A stretch of DNA of 42,411 nucleotides from Candidatus Eiseniibacteriota bacterium (GTDB lineage: Bacteria > Joyebacterota > Joyebacteria > Joyebacterales > Joyebacteraceae). The notes beneath the pieces were generated by a model that saw only the letters and a program-made list of their open reading frames with translations, did no database searches and was not told where the DNA came from. Position 1 is the stretch's first letter. Each line of letters opens with the position of its first letter. This document shows, in pieces, positions 31,686-40,692 of the stretch. The DNA lies in NCBI GenBank assembly GCA_030639555.1, contig DAOWCM010000002.1, positions 1 to 42,411 on the forward strand, in the 5' to 3' direction. The position numbers and the translations under genes were made by a program.

Positions 31686-32108
31686 ATGCGCGTACTCGTC
31701 GCGGCTCTCGCCGCTCTCGCCATCCTCGCACTTCCAGTCTCGCTCGGCGCCGCACCTCGCGCGCCCTACTGCAAGACGTTCAAGATGGACGACACCGCCG
31801 ACGACTTCTACTTCGAGACCAACGGGTACCTCAGCTCGTGGGAGTTCGACGCCAGCCGCCTAGACAGCGACATCGGTGCTGTCATGCAGGTCTCGACGTG
31901 CATCCAGGACGATCTCGCGTTCAGCTGCGCGCTCTGGGAGTACGACTCGAACGACGACGGGCAGAAGGATACCTCGTACGTCGACGGGACCGACGGGAAG
32001 CGAGGTACACCCGAGGGAGGCGTCGTGATCCCCGGGGCGTGGTTCTTCGACTGCACGACGGCGCCCACGTCGCCCGATGTGGCTGTCGTACGGGCTTGTC
32101 GCTGGTAG
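31686..32108 (+). CDS. Secreted hypothetical protein (140 aa)
   Basis: AGGAGGGGGA RBS. Signal peptide MRVLVAALAALAILALPVSLGAAP. The mature part is acidic and contains 5 Cys. Confidence 0.55.
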   Translation: MRVLVAALAALAILALPVSLGAAPRAPYCKTFKMDDTADDFYFETNGYLSSWEFDASRLDSDIGAVMQVSTCIQDDLAFSCALWEYDSNDDGQKDTSYVDGTDGKRGTPEGGVVIPGAWFFDCTTAPTSPDVAVVRACRW

Positions 32109-32148
32109 CGTTGTGGACGACACCCCCCAACAGGGTCCCACGTTCCAG

Positions 32149-32649
32149 ATGCCGGCCATCGATGCCGAGATGGAGGCCACGTTCCTCGAGATCCTCGCCA
32201 CCCATGCGAACGTGAGCGAGGCGGCGCGCGCCAGCGGGTACGACCGGACGACTTGGTACCACCGGCGGAACGACCGAGACGAGGACGGCGAGCCCCTGTA
32301 CCCGGACTTTGCGGCCGCGTGGGAGACTGCGCTCGGGGAGGGGCGGGATGCCCTGCGACTTGAGGCACGGCGCCGCGGCGAGCATGGGGTCTCGAAGCCC
32401 GTGTTCTACCAGGGAGTGGTCTGCGGCCACATCCAAGAGTACAGCGACACGCTGCTCTGCCGGCTCCTCGAAGCCCACTGCCCCGAGCACAAGCGGACGG
32501 CCGCGATCGACCTGCGCACACCCCCAGGTGAGCAAGTGCGCCTCGAGATCGCACCCGACATAGACCGGGCCCGGCGCGTAGCCGAGCTTCTCATCGAGCT
32601 GGAACCGCCCGACGAGGGGGAAGATGGCGGCGACGGCACTCCCGAGTAA
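32149..32649 (+). CDS. terS: Terminase small subunit (166 aa from ATG 32149)
   Basis: FLEILATHANVSEAARASGYDRTTWYHRRNDRDEDG...FAAAWETALGEGRDALRLEARRRGEHG...YSDTLLCRLLEAHCPE fits the HTH-type TerS pattern. It lies directly upstream of TerL. Confidence 0.65.
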   Translation: MPAIDAEMEATFLEILATHANVSEAARASGYDRTTWYHRRNDRDEDGEPLYPDFAAAWETALGEGRDALRLEARRRGEHGVSKPVFYQGVVCGHIQEYSDTLLCRLLEAHCPEHKRTAAIDLRTPPGEQVRLEIAPDIDRARRVAELLIELEPPDEGEDGGDGTPE

Positions 32650-33949
32650 GCGCGAGCTTGCAGGGGCTCGGCTGGTCGAGATCACTCGGCCACGGCTAAA
32701 CAAGTACATCCCGCACGTGCCGACCGAGCGGCAGCAGGTAGGGCTCCTGCTCCAGTCCTCGGAGATCCTATACGGCGGTGCAGCTGGCGGCGGGAAGACC
32801 GACTGGCTCGCCATGGGGGCGCTTCAGTACGTCGACGTCCACAAGTACGCGGCCCTCCTACTGCGACGCACGTACCAGCAGGCGTCGAAAGCGGACGCGA
32901 TCATTCCCCGGCTCCACGAGTGGCTACAGCCGACCGATGCGCACTGGGACGGTCTCAACAGCACGTGGAGGTTCCCAAGCAAGGCGACGCTCGAGATCGG
33001 ACACTGTCAGTTCGAGAAGGACAAGTACAACTTCCAGGGCGGGCAGTATCAGTTCGTCGGATTCGACGAGCTTACTCAGTTCACGCTCTCTCAGTACACG
33101 TACCTGTTCTCGCGTACCCGCCGGCTCGAGGGGAACGCGAAGGTCCCGATCCGCCACTGGGCGGGCTCGAACCCGGGCGGCGAGGGCCACGTATGGGTCC
33201 GGGATATGTTCCTCGTCCAGAAGGAGCCGGATCGGGTGTTCCTGCCGGCGCGGCTACACGATAATCCGTACCTCGACGCTGAGGAGTATATCAAGTCGCT
33301 CTCACACTTGGATCCCACCACACGCGCACAGCTGCTCGAGGGCGACTGGGAGGTACGGGACAAGGGGTCGCTATTCGACCGCGATTGGTTCGAGATCGTC
33401 AAGGCGGCCCCCGCGAGCCGGCGGACGATCCGGGCGTGGGACCTCGCGGCGATCAATCCCAGGAAGCAGAAGAAAGCGAAGGCGGCTAGCGTCGACGGCG
33501 ACTACATCTCCGGCTGCCTCATGTCGGAGCACGACGGCGTGTTCTACATCGAAGACATCCGGCGGAAGCGCACCACGCCCTCCGGTATCCGTCAGATGCT
33601 CAAGCAATCGGCCACACTCGACGGCAAGGCGACGACGATCTGGATCGAGCAGGAACCCGGCTCGTCGGGTGTGATCGTGATCGACACCTACGTGCGGCTG
33701 TTGGTCGGGTGGAACGTGCGCGGGCAGCCGCCCAGCGGTGACAAGATCGTACGCGCGGCGCCGCTCTCGGCGCAGGCGGAGGCTGGGAACGTCAAGCTGG
33801 TCGAGGGCCCATGGAACCGGGCCTTCCTGGAAGAGATGGAGCTGATCGGGACCGAGTCGGCAGCCTTTGACGATCAGTGTGACTCGGCGTCGCTGTCGTT
33901 CTCGAAATTGGCCGAGCACATCCAAGTCCGGGGAGGGGTGGCGGCATGA
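32624..33949 (+). CDS. terL: Terminase large subunit (441 aa)
   Basis: Walker A YGGAAGGGKTD, FVGFDELTQF (Walker B-like), and a C-terminal nuclease-like region ...IRAWDLAA...WIEQEPGSSG...FDDQCDS. Confidence 0.85.
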   Translation: MAATALPSKRELAGARLVEITRPRLNKYIPHVPTERQQVGLLLQSSEILYGGAAGGGKTDWLAMGALQYVDVHKYAALLLRRTYQQASKADAIIPRLHEWLQPTDAHWDGLNSTWRFPSKATLEIGHCQFEKDKYNFQGGQYQFVGFDELTQFTLSQYTYLFSRTRRLEGNAKVPIRHWAGSNPGGEGHVWVRDMFLVQKEPDRVFLPARLHDNPYLDAEEYIKSLSHLDPTTRAQLLEGDWEVRDKGSLFDRDWFEIVKAAPASRRTIRAWDLAAINPRKQKKAKAASVDGDYISGCLMSEHDGVFYIEDIRRKRTTPSGIRQMLKQSATLDGKATTIWIEQEPGSSGVIVIDTYVRLLVGWNVRGQPPSGDKIVRAAPLSAQAEAGNVKLVEGPWNRAFLEEMELIGTESAAFDDQCDSASLSFSKLAEHIQVRGGVAA

Positions 33950-34131
33950 TCGTCGGCACTTGCCAAGTCGAGAGCACGTGCGCGGTCTGTAACCGCCTGG
34001 TGATCTCGCTCGTTCCCGACGGTCTCCTTGAGCCCGGTGCGTGGATCGACGTGATGTGCCCGGAGCCATGCGAGCCTGAAACGCCAATCCGGTCATTACC
34101 AGACTGGGGTCAAGAGGTGTGGCCGATATGA
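33946..34131 (+). CDS. Small Cys-containing hypothetical protein (61 aa)
   Basis: ATGA overlaps at both ends, with TerL and the portal gene. Confidence 0.4.
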   Translation: MIVGTCQVESTCAVCNRLVISLVPDGLLEPGAWIDVMCPEPCEPETPIRSLPDWGQEVWPI

Positions 34132-35441
34132 GGTGGCCGTGGAGCAAGCGTGTAGAGCAAGCCGTACAGCCCCGGGGCGCGACGAAGGCCGTGCTCGGCG
34201 AGAACGACGTACTCGCGCGTATGCTCTCGATCCTCGGGCAGTCGGACGTGAACACCCCCAACGCTGCGCTTGAGCTGTACGAGCAGTCGACGGCCGTCTC
34301 GATCCCGATCGACTGGGTCGCGGATCCCATGGCCGACATCGACCCGGTGCTGGAGAAGGATGGCGACTTCGACACCGTGCACCCGGTGCTCGAGCTTCTA
34401 CGCGCACCGTCACCCGACTACACCGGCCGGCTGTTCCGGGATGCGATCGCCCACGACTACCTGATCACGGGCGAGTGCTTCATTGCCGCCATCGGCTCGC
34501 CCGAAGGGCCGCCGCTCGAGATCCAGCCGCTCTCGCCGACCGCAATGGCCCCGTATACGGAGGGCGGGACAGGGCTCGTCTCGCAGTGGGAGGTGACCGG
34601 CGAGACGCTCAAGGGCAAGTACCGGCGTATCATACAGCCGAAGAAACGGGCGCGGTACATCAACAAGGAGCGGTTCCCAGGCGTCGAGGTGCGGCAGATC
34701 CGGCGTTACTCGACGACGAACCACTCGCTCGTACGCGCGCAGTCTCCGCTCATGTCGGCTAGCCGCGAGGCGCGCCAGCATCTACTCGGGCTCATGCACA
34801 ACAGCTCACTTCTCAGTAGTGGCGGCCGGGGGTCTCTGCTCTTCAAGTACCGGCAGCACTTCAGCGACGAGGACTGGAACGAGCTGATGCGCCGGCTGCG
34901 CTCAAACTACGGAGGCGCGGCCAACGCTGGGAAGATCATGGTCGAGACGGCCGACGAGCTGGAGGTCTCCGAGCTGGGTCAGAAGAACAAGGACATGGAT
35001 TTCGCGAACCTACAGGATCAAGCGAAGCGGTCCGTGGCCCTACGCTACAAGGTGCCGCTGCCGTTGGTCACGACCGACGCATCGACGTTCTCGAACTTCG
35101 AGGCCTCAATCCTCGCACTGTACGACTACGCGGTACTGCCCACGTACCGGCGCGTGTTCGATGGCATCTCGGATTTCCTGCTGCCCCGCTATGGCATCGA
35201 CCCATCGCAGTACCGCATCTCGTACGACCCGAACCAGATCACGGCGCTTATGTCGCGGCGCCTGGACGAGATCGTCAAGAAGGCCGGCCTCCACGTGCTG
35301 ACCGGGAACGAGATTCGCGGCGACCTGGGCCGGGACCCCGAGGTCGGGTTCGATGAGATCCTGATCCCCGCGAACCTGATGCCGCTGGGCTCGGAGCTGT
35401 TCGCAGCCCCCGGCACACCGCCTACGGAGGTCGTGCTCTGA
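34128..35441 (+). CDS. Portal protein, HK97-family type (437 aa from ATG 34128; alternative GTG at 34119)
   Basis: ...NYGGAANAGKIMVETADELEVSELGQKNKDMDFANLQDQAKRSVALRYKVPLPLV... is typical of HK97-family portals. Position follows the terminase. Confidence 0.8.
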   Translation: MRWPWSKRVEQAVQPRGATKAVLGENDVLARMLSILGQSDVNTPNAALELYEQSTAVSIPIDWVADPMADIDPVLEKDGDFDTVHPVLELLRAPSPDYTGRLFRDAIAHDYLITGECFIAAIGSPEGPPLEIQPLSPTAMAPYTEGGTGLVSQWEVTGETLKGKYRRIIQPKKRARYINKERFPGVEVRQIRRYSTTNHSLVRAQSPLMSASREARQHLLGLMHNSSLLSSGGRGSLLFKYRQHFSDEDWNELMRRLRSNYGGAANAGKIMVETADELEVSELGQKNKDMDFANLQDQAKRSVALRYKVPLPLVTTDASTFSNFEASILALYDYAVLPTYRRVFDGISDFLLPRYGIDPSQYRISYDPNQITALMSRRLDEIVKKAGLHVLTGNEIRGDLGRDPEVGFDEILIPANLMPLGSELFAAPGTPPTEVVL

Positions 35442-35716
35442 TGGCAGTAATCGCGACGCCGATCGCCGATCAAGTCGACTCCACCCTCGTAGCGAGCTGC
35501 CGACTCGCCGTCGAAGATCTCGCACGCGCGGGCCCGAGCCTTCCGCTCCTCGCGATCGTACGCGCTCACTTCACCGACCCCCGGCCGGTTACCCCGGACG
35601 AGGAGGTCGCACGAGAGGCGGTGATGCGGCTGTTCGGGGCAGCGCGTAAGGTGCCGCGGGATCAACGCCGCCCCTTGGTACGCCAGCTACTCCGGGATGC
35701 GGGGCTGATCGAATGA
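35441..35716 (+). CDS. Hypothetical protein (91 aa)
   Basis: TGATG overlap with the portal gene and an ATGA overlap with the next ORF. Confidence 0.45.
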   Translation: MAVIATPIADQVDSTLVASCRLAVEDLARAGPSLPLLAIVRAHFTDPRPVTPDEEVAREAVMRLFGAARKVPRDQRRPLVRQLLRDAGLIE

Positions 35717-35871
35717 CGATCGTTGTCGCATTCCTACTGGGTGTTCTGTTCGGGGCCGTAGCGTCGGTCTACGTAATACGGGGATTCAAGCCCCATACCT
35801 CGCTAGACGTGATCCTGCACGACAGAATGCTGCGTCGGATACAGGAGCGCGTCGTTCGGGAGGCGAACTAA
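35713..35871 (+). CDS. Possible small membrane protein (52 aa)
   Basis: Hand translation gives MTIVVAFLLGVLFGAVASVYVIRGFKPHTSLDVILHDRMLRRIQERVVREAN*. ATGA-coupled to the upstream gene. Confidence 0.35.
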   Translation: MTIVVAFLLGVLFGAVASVYVIRGFKPHTSLDVILHDRMLRRIQERVVREAN

Positions 35872-35874
35872 CGC

Positions 35875-36915
35875 ATGACGTACGCACTCACAGCCTCAGA
35901 GACTCATGGAGATAACGGCCTGGTACCGCGTTATCTTCGATGCTGGTGTCACACCTGCGACGCACGGTGGGAACTCGATGCCGAGCCGCAATTGCTGGGC
36001 TGTCCAAGGTGTAACGGAGACGTAGTAGAAGTCGCCTACATTCCTAACTTTGGACAATGGAAAGGTCGCGTCTCGGCCGCAGTGCAGGCGGATCTCGCGT
36101 GGAAGCGCCTTCTCGAGCGCGGCTTCGCGCCTACGGTCACGCGCCTGTGGGCCGCGACGTCGGTCCAGTACACCCGCGAGCTGCGAGAGCGCGGCTGGTA
36201 CACGTCGCCACACGAGGCGTGGCAGAAGCCGTGGACGAACGTCCTCTCGGGCCATTACCAGGAAGTCTCGGAAGGGTTCAGCGGGAACATCAGCGGCCGG
36301 CTGCCAGCAGTCGTAAAGCCTACCGGTGCCGAGCGGCAGCTGATCGACGATACGCTCGCGCGGGCCCTTACCGACCGCGCGGCGGCACAGACGCAAATCA
36401 TCAATTCCACAACCGACAAGCTGATGGAGCAGTCTGCTACGGCGGCCCGCCGCGAGACCCAGCGGCTCGCCGTAGAGACCGGGGTAGCCCGCAGCGCGGA
36501 GGAAGAGGCGCTCGAGGCTGGCCGCACCCTCGAGCGCCGCCTTGCGGGCCGGAGTGGCGGGATTACGTCGCTCGAGACGCAGGCGCCGGCCGAGATGTCG
36601 AAGATGGTCGAGGCCGAGGTGCTACTGGGCCACACGCCGCAGGTAGCGGGCGGGGCGTACAGCGAGACGGGCGTAATTAAGACGTGGTGGTCAATGGGCG
36701 ACGACATAGCGCGCGACGATCACCTGATGGCCGACCAGCAGGAGCAACAGATCGACCAGCCGTACACGGTCGGGCCGGATCAACTGATGGTCCCGGGCGA
36801 CTCCTCGCTGGGGGCGCCGATCGGGCAGGTGATCAATTGCCGTTGCGCGAGTGTGATCGACGAAGAGGCGATCGCGCAGGCGCGCGCGGAGCGAGGGCTA
36901 GGCGATGGCGAGTAA
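35875..36915 (+). CDS. Head morphogenesis protein (SPP1 gp7 / Mu F-like, 346 aa) with an N-terminal zinc-ribbon-like segment
   Basis: The C-terminal ...DDHLMADQQEQQIDQPYTVGPDQLMVPGDSSLGAPIGQVINCRCASV matches the MuF-type end (NCRC). The N-terminus has CWCHTC...CPRC. Confidence 0.75.
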   Translation: MTYALTASETHGDNGLVPRYLRCWCHTCDARWELDAEPQLLGCPRCNGDVVEVAYIPNFGQWKGRVSAAVQADLAWKRLLERGFAPTVTRLWAATSVQYTRELRERGWYTSPHEAWQKPWTNVLSGHYQEVSEGFSGNISGRLPAVVKPTGAERQLIDDTLARALTDRAAAQTQIINSTTDKLMEQSATAARRETQRLAVETGVARSAEEEALEAGRTLERRLAGRSGGITSLETQAPAEMSKMVEAEVLLGHTPQVAGGAYSETGVIKTWWSMGDDIARDDHLMADQQEQQIDQPYTVGPDQLMVPGDSSLGAPIGQVINCRCASVIDEEAIAQARAERGLGDGE

Positions 36916-37618
36916 GATTCTCACGAAGTGGATGGGTGGCCGCGTGACAGAGACCAAGGAGGTCCAGCGCAACGGGATCCCGGTCGGCATCATCGCCGGA
37001 CACACGGCTACGTGGGACATCGACCGCGGGGGGTACTGGGAGCCCGATCAGTTCGTGAAGGGCGCGTTCGCCGAGGCGATCCAGCGGCACAAGGACTCGG
37101 GGAACCGGCAGGTGCGGCTGACGTGGATGCACCGGGATCTGGTCGGTGGCATCCCGATCGAGACTGTCTTCGAGGATGACAAGGGGCTATTCGGCGAGGC
37201 CGAGGTGAATCTCGAGACCCGCCTGGGGCGCGAAGCGTACTCGCTCGCGAAGCAGGGCGTCCTCGTCGACTTCTCGATCGGTTTCGAGCCGATCACGTCG
37301 CACATGATTACGGTCGAGGGCCAAGACGTCCGGCAGATCGATAAGTCCGAGTATTGGCACTCCGCGCTCGTCGACGAGCCGATGAACCCGGAGGCGCAGG
37401 TCACGGCGGTCAAGGCGTACACGAAGGACCAACTCGAGGCGCTCAGTACCCGCGAGATTGAGGCGGCACTCGTCGATAGCGGCTGCTGGTCGGAGCGGGC
37501 CGCGAAGATTCTGGCCTCAGGCCACGGGGTGACCCGGCCCGGGGAGGAAGTATCAGAGGAGGATTGGCAGCAAGTCCTGGAAGAGATCCAGGCAACCAAG
37601 GAGGCGATCCGCGCGTGA
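36905..37618 (+). CDS. HK97-family prohead protease (S78-like, 237 aa)
   Basis: GIIAGHTATWDIDRGGYWEPDQFVKGAFAEAI...VRLTWMHRDLVGGIPIETVFEDDKGLFGEAEVNL...AYSLAKQGVLVDFSIGFEP follows the family pattern. Confidence 0.85.
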   Translation: MASKILTKWMGGRVTETKEVQRNGIPVGIIAGHTATWDIDRGGYWEPDQFVKGAFAEAIQRHKDSGNRQVRLTWMHRDLVGGIPIETVFEDDKGLFGEAEVNLETRLGREAYSLAKQGVLVDFSIGFEPITSHMITVEGQDVRQIDKSEYWHSALVDEPMNPEAQVTAVKAYTKDQLEALSTREIEAALVDSGCWSERAAKILASGHGVTRPGEEVSEEDWQQVLEEIQATKEAIRA

Positions 37619-37691
37619 CCGGGACGGGGCGCGCTGGGCACTGACGGGACGTTGGGGCCATAGCCTGAGTAGCAAGCAACACACACAGGAG

Positions 37692-38918
37692 ATGGAGACG
37701 ATGATTGAGATCCACTACAAGGATCCCGAGATCCCGAAGGTGACGCCCGAGAACATCCATGAGGCGCTTCTCGAGACCCGTGGAATGATCGAGGGAAAGA
37801 TCAAGTCCGACGGCGAGAAGTGGGCGCAGCTCGACAAGTTCTGGGAGGCGCAGGAGACGAAGAACCAGGAGCTAACGACCGAGATCCTCGCGCGCAAGAA
37901 GGCCGAGGACGAGGCCGTCGAGCGGGTGGCTGTGATCGAGGCTGAACTGGCGAAGCGGGCCGGGCAGCTCGGAGATCCGGTACGCGACGAGAAGCTCGAG
38001 GCCGAGTACAAGGCGTTCGACTCGTGGTTCAAGGGCGGCGAAAAGCCGATGACGATGGACATGAAGGCGCAGCTGCGCACGGACGACGACACCTCGGCGG
38101 GCTATCTGGTGCCCGAGGCGGTGGACGCGAACCTGCTCAAGAAGATTACGGAGATGGATCCGGTGCGCTCGATCGCCAGCGTCATGACGATCACCAGCAA
38201 GTCGATCGAAATCGTGGTCGAGGATTCGATCCCGACGGCCAATTACGAGGCCGAGCTCGAGCAGAACCAGTACAGCGAGGCCGGGTACTCGAACGTGACG
38301 CTGACGCCCTACCGCCAGTCGTTCACCAGCCGCGTGACCCAAGATCAGCTGATGAACAGCGGTTGGCCCATGGAGCAACAGATGTCGATGGGCGCCGGTA
38401 CCGCGTTCGCGAAGGGCGAGGGCACGGGCTTCGTCACCGGGAGCGGCCACAAGGAGCCGGAAGGCTTCACGGTCAACGCGGTGGTCGCGACCCAGGACAC
38501 GGCCGGGAACGACGCGTTTGCCCCGGCCGACGTGCTGACGCTCTGGGGGCTGCCGAAGGACGGCTACGACCTCACGTTCGTGATGAACCGGCAGATCATG
38601 GTCCTCATCCGCAAGTTCGCGTCGACCACGGGCTCGTATCTGTGGACGCCGGGACTCAACGGGCCGGTCATGAACACGCTCTGTGGCGAGCCCTACGTAC
38701 TGCTGCCCGCCATGGCCTCGGCCGTAGCGGATGGCGCGATCATCATGGGTATCGGGGACTTCCGGGCTGGCTATCGGATCGTCGACCGCACGGGGATGAG
38801 CGTGATCCGCGACGACGTGACCGAGGCGCGGAAGGCGAACGTCCTGATCACCTACAACCGGTGGAACACGGGCCGCGTCGTGCTGCCCGAGGCCATCAAG
38901 CTCCTCACCGTCCAGTAG
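37692..38918 (+). CDS. Major capsid protein, HK97 fold (408 aa)
   Basis: An N-terminal coiled-coil delta-like region is followed by ...TDDDTSAGYLVPEAVDANLLKKITEMDPVRSIASVMTITSKSIEIVV... Position follows the protease. Confidence 0.85.
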   Translation: METMIEIHYKDPEIPKVTPENIHEALLETRGMIEGKIKSDGEKWAQLDKFWEAQETKNQELTTEILARKKAEDEAVERVAVIEAELAKRAGQLGDPVRDEKLEAEYKAFDSWFKGGEKPMTMDMKAQLRTDDDTSAGYLVPEAVDANLLKKITEMDPVRSIASVMTITSKSIEIVVEDSIPTANYEAELEQNQYSEAGYSNVTLTPYRQSFTSRVTQDQLMNSGWPMEQQMSMGAGTAFAKGEGTGFVTGSGHKEPEGFTVNAVVATQDTAGNDAFAPADVLTLWGLPKDGYDLTFVMNRQIMVLIRKFASTTGSYLWTPGLNGPVMNTLCGEPYVLLPAMASAVADGAIIMGIGDFRAGYRIVDRTGMSVIRDDVTEARKANVLITYNRWNTGRVVLPEAIKLLTVQ

Positions 38919-38986
38919 CGGCGGCGATCGGAGGCAAGAACGCCACGTGTAACGACTGAGAGGAACGAAGGAAGGAGAACAGAGCC

Positions 38987-39400
38987 ATGAAGGACTTGCT
39001 GAATAACTGCACGGTCGCGATGGCGATCACCCCCGTGGCCGCCACCGCAATCGCCGACGGTTCCGACATCAACCTGCTCGGGTACGAGAGCGCCACGTTC
39101 GTGATCTTCAGCGGCACTCTCGGCACGGGTACGATCGACTTCACGATGCAGCACGCCGACGACGACGGCTCGGGCTCGCCCGATACGTATGCGGATGTGG
39201 CGGCGACGGATCTCATCGGCTCGACGCCGACAATCCTCGCTACGGAAGACGACTCTGTCTTCCGGTGCGGGTACAAGGGCTCGAAGCAGTGGATCCGGCT
39301 CCAGAACGTGGAAACGGCCTCGTGGACGTCGATGATCCACGGTGCCGTGTGTCTGCTGGGGCACCCGGAGGTGGCACCGACGGCGGCGCAGATCACGTAG
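38987..39400 (+). CDS. Capsid-adjacent paralog 1 (137 aa); possible decoration or auxiliary head protein
   Basis: Shares length, the N-terminal M.DL.NN.TV, the central GYE...F and the C-terminal P(T/A)AAQ.T with the next two genes. Confidence 0.55.
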   Translation: MKDLLNNCTVAMAITPVAATAIADGSDINLLGYESATFVIFSGTLGTGTIDFTMQHADDDGSGSPDTYADVAATDLIGSTPTILATEDDSVFRCGYKGSKQWIRLQNVETASWTSMIHGAVCLLGHPEVAPTAAQIT

Positions 39401-39515
39401 GGAGGCGGCCGGTCGAGTCCAGCTCCTCGGCCGTACGTCAAGCGGGGGCCCCGGTTCATCTGGGGGGTCGGGGCCTCCGCACCTTCGCCGTGTAGGGAGA
39501 ATGGGGGGTAAGGCG

Positions 39516-39920
39516 ATGCTAGACCTGTACAACAACTCGGCGGTCGATCTGGCGAAAGACCTGTCGCTGATCAATACCGAGACGACGACGGTCGGAAACA
39601 TCGTCGACCTCGCCGGATACGAGGGTGTCGTCTTCTGCGGGCTGACGGGCACCGTGACGACCGGCGACGGGTATACGATCATTCAAGAGGGAGACGCAGC
39701 GGACCTCGCAGACGCCGCTACCGCACCGGCCGCCTCGGTACAGGGCGGGATCATCCTCAACGCCGGGGACAACGATATCGTACGCCGTATGGCGTATCGC
39801 GGCGGCAAGCGGTACGTGCGCCCGGCATTCGTGAGCGACGGGACGTTCAACGGACGGCTGATGATCGCCTCGCTCAAGCTCCGGCCGGCAGTCGGCCCGA
39901 CGGCCGCGCAAAGCACATAG
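39516..39920 (+). CDS. Capsid-adjacent paralog 2 (134 aa)
   Basis: Start at the internal ATG 39516 (MLDLYNNSAVDLAK...). By eye it is roughly half identical to paralog 3. Confidence 0.6.
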   Translation: MLDLYNNSAVDLAKDLSLINTETTTVGNIVDLAGYEGVVFCGLTGTVTTGDGYTIIQEGDAADLADAATAPAASVQGGIILNAGDNDIVRRMAYRGGKRYVRPAFVSDGTFNGRLMIASLKLRPAVGPTAAQST

Positions 39921-39935
39921 GGGGAGGGGGTACCC

Positions 39936-40343
39936 ATGCTCGATCTGTACAACAACTCAACCGTCGCGAAGGCATTCGAGTCGCAGGTCGTCAATAGCGA
40001 GACCACGACCGCAGGCGAGATCATCAGCCTTGCGGGCTACGAGGGCGTCGTGTTCGCACTCGGCGCCTCGGCCCTCACAACGGCCGGCGGGTACTGGATC
40101 ATCCAGGAGGGGGACGAAGCCGACCTCTCGGATGCGGCAACGGCTCCCGCGGCCTCGGTGTTGGGCGCTGCGGTGATCGACTCTGACGATGACGATTTCA
40201 GTGCGTACCGCATGGGGTACGTCGGGAGCAAACCTTACGTCCGGGCCGCCTACGTGAGCGATGGCGACCAGGCGGGACAGATGTGGGGGGTGGCATTTCT
40301 ATTGCAGCCGCACGCCGGGGCGACGGCGGCGCAGACGACCTAG
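39936..40343 (+). CDS. Capsid-adjacent paralog 3 (135 aa)
   Basis: MLDLYNNSTVAKAF...LAGYEGVVF...IIQEGDEADLSDAATAPAASV...YVRAAYVSDG...ATAAQTT aligns along its whole length with paralog 2. Confidence 0.6.
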   Translation: MLDLYNNSTVAKAFESQVVNSETTTAGEIISLAGYEGVVFALGASALTTAGGYWIIQEGDEADLSDAATAPAASVLGAAVIDSDDDDFSAYRMGYVGSKPYVRAAYVSDGDQAGQMWGVAFLLQPHAGATAAQTT

Positions 40344-40372
40344 CAGACACAACCTACGAGGAGAGGCGAACG

Positions 40373-40690
40373 ATGGCGAAGTACATTGAACTCACACGAG
40401 GCGGCTCGTGGAGCGACAAGGGCGACAACGGCCGGCGGGTCACCGGGAAGCCCGGTGCGCGGGTCGGCTGCTCGGATCGCCTCGCGAAAGCTCTATTCAA
40501 TTCCGGCGATGCGCGCCCGTCCGCGACCCCCGAGCCCGGCCCGAAAGAGAAGGCCGAGCGGCGCCGCGGGCAGCGGAAGGCAGCGGCGACAAAGAAGCAA
40601 GCCGATGCCACGGAGAAGGCGAATGCGGCGGCCGAGAAGGCAGAGGCCGATGCAGCGAAGGGCGCGGGCACCAACGACTTGGGTGACTGA
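40373..40690 (+). CDS. Hypothetical protein (105 aa) with a Lys/Ala/Glu-rich low-complexity tail
   Basis: GAGGAGAGG RBS. MAKYIELTRGGSW... is followed by ...KEKAERRRGQRKAAATKKQADATEKANAAAEKAEADAAKG. Confidence 0.45.
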   Translation: MAKYIELTRGGSWSDKGDNGRRVTGKPGARVGCSDRLAKALFNSGDARPSATPEPGPKEKAERRRGQRKAAATKKQADATEKANAAAEKAEADAAKGAGTNDLGD

Positions 40691-40692
40691 CG

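Noticed and set aside
31457-32215. 252-aa + strand ORF spanning the late regulatory region and the secreted-protein gene
   Set aside because: It is Arg-rich junk in a different frame from the signal-peptide ORF (31686..32108) and starts inside the repeat-bearing intergenic region.
39401-39515. Possible terminator hairpin in the 115-bp spacer after capsid-adjacent paralog 1
   Set aside because: The spacer is GC-rich with several partial palindromes (for example GGGGCCCC). I could not define a convincing uninterrupted stem or a U-tract by hand, so I left it as a remark under the paralog finding.
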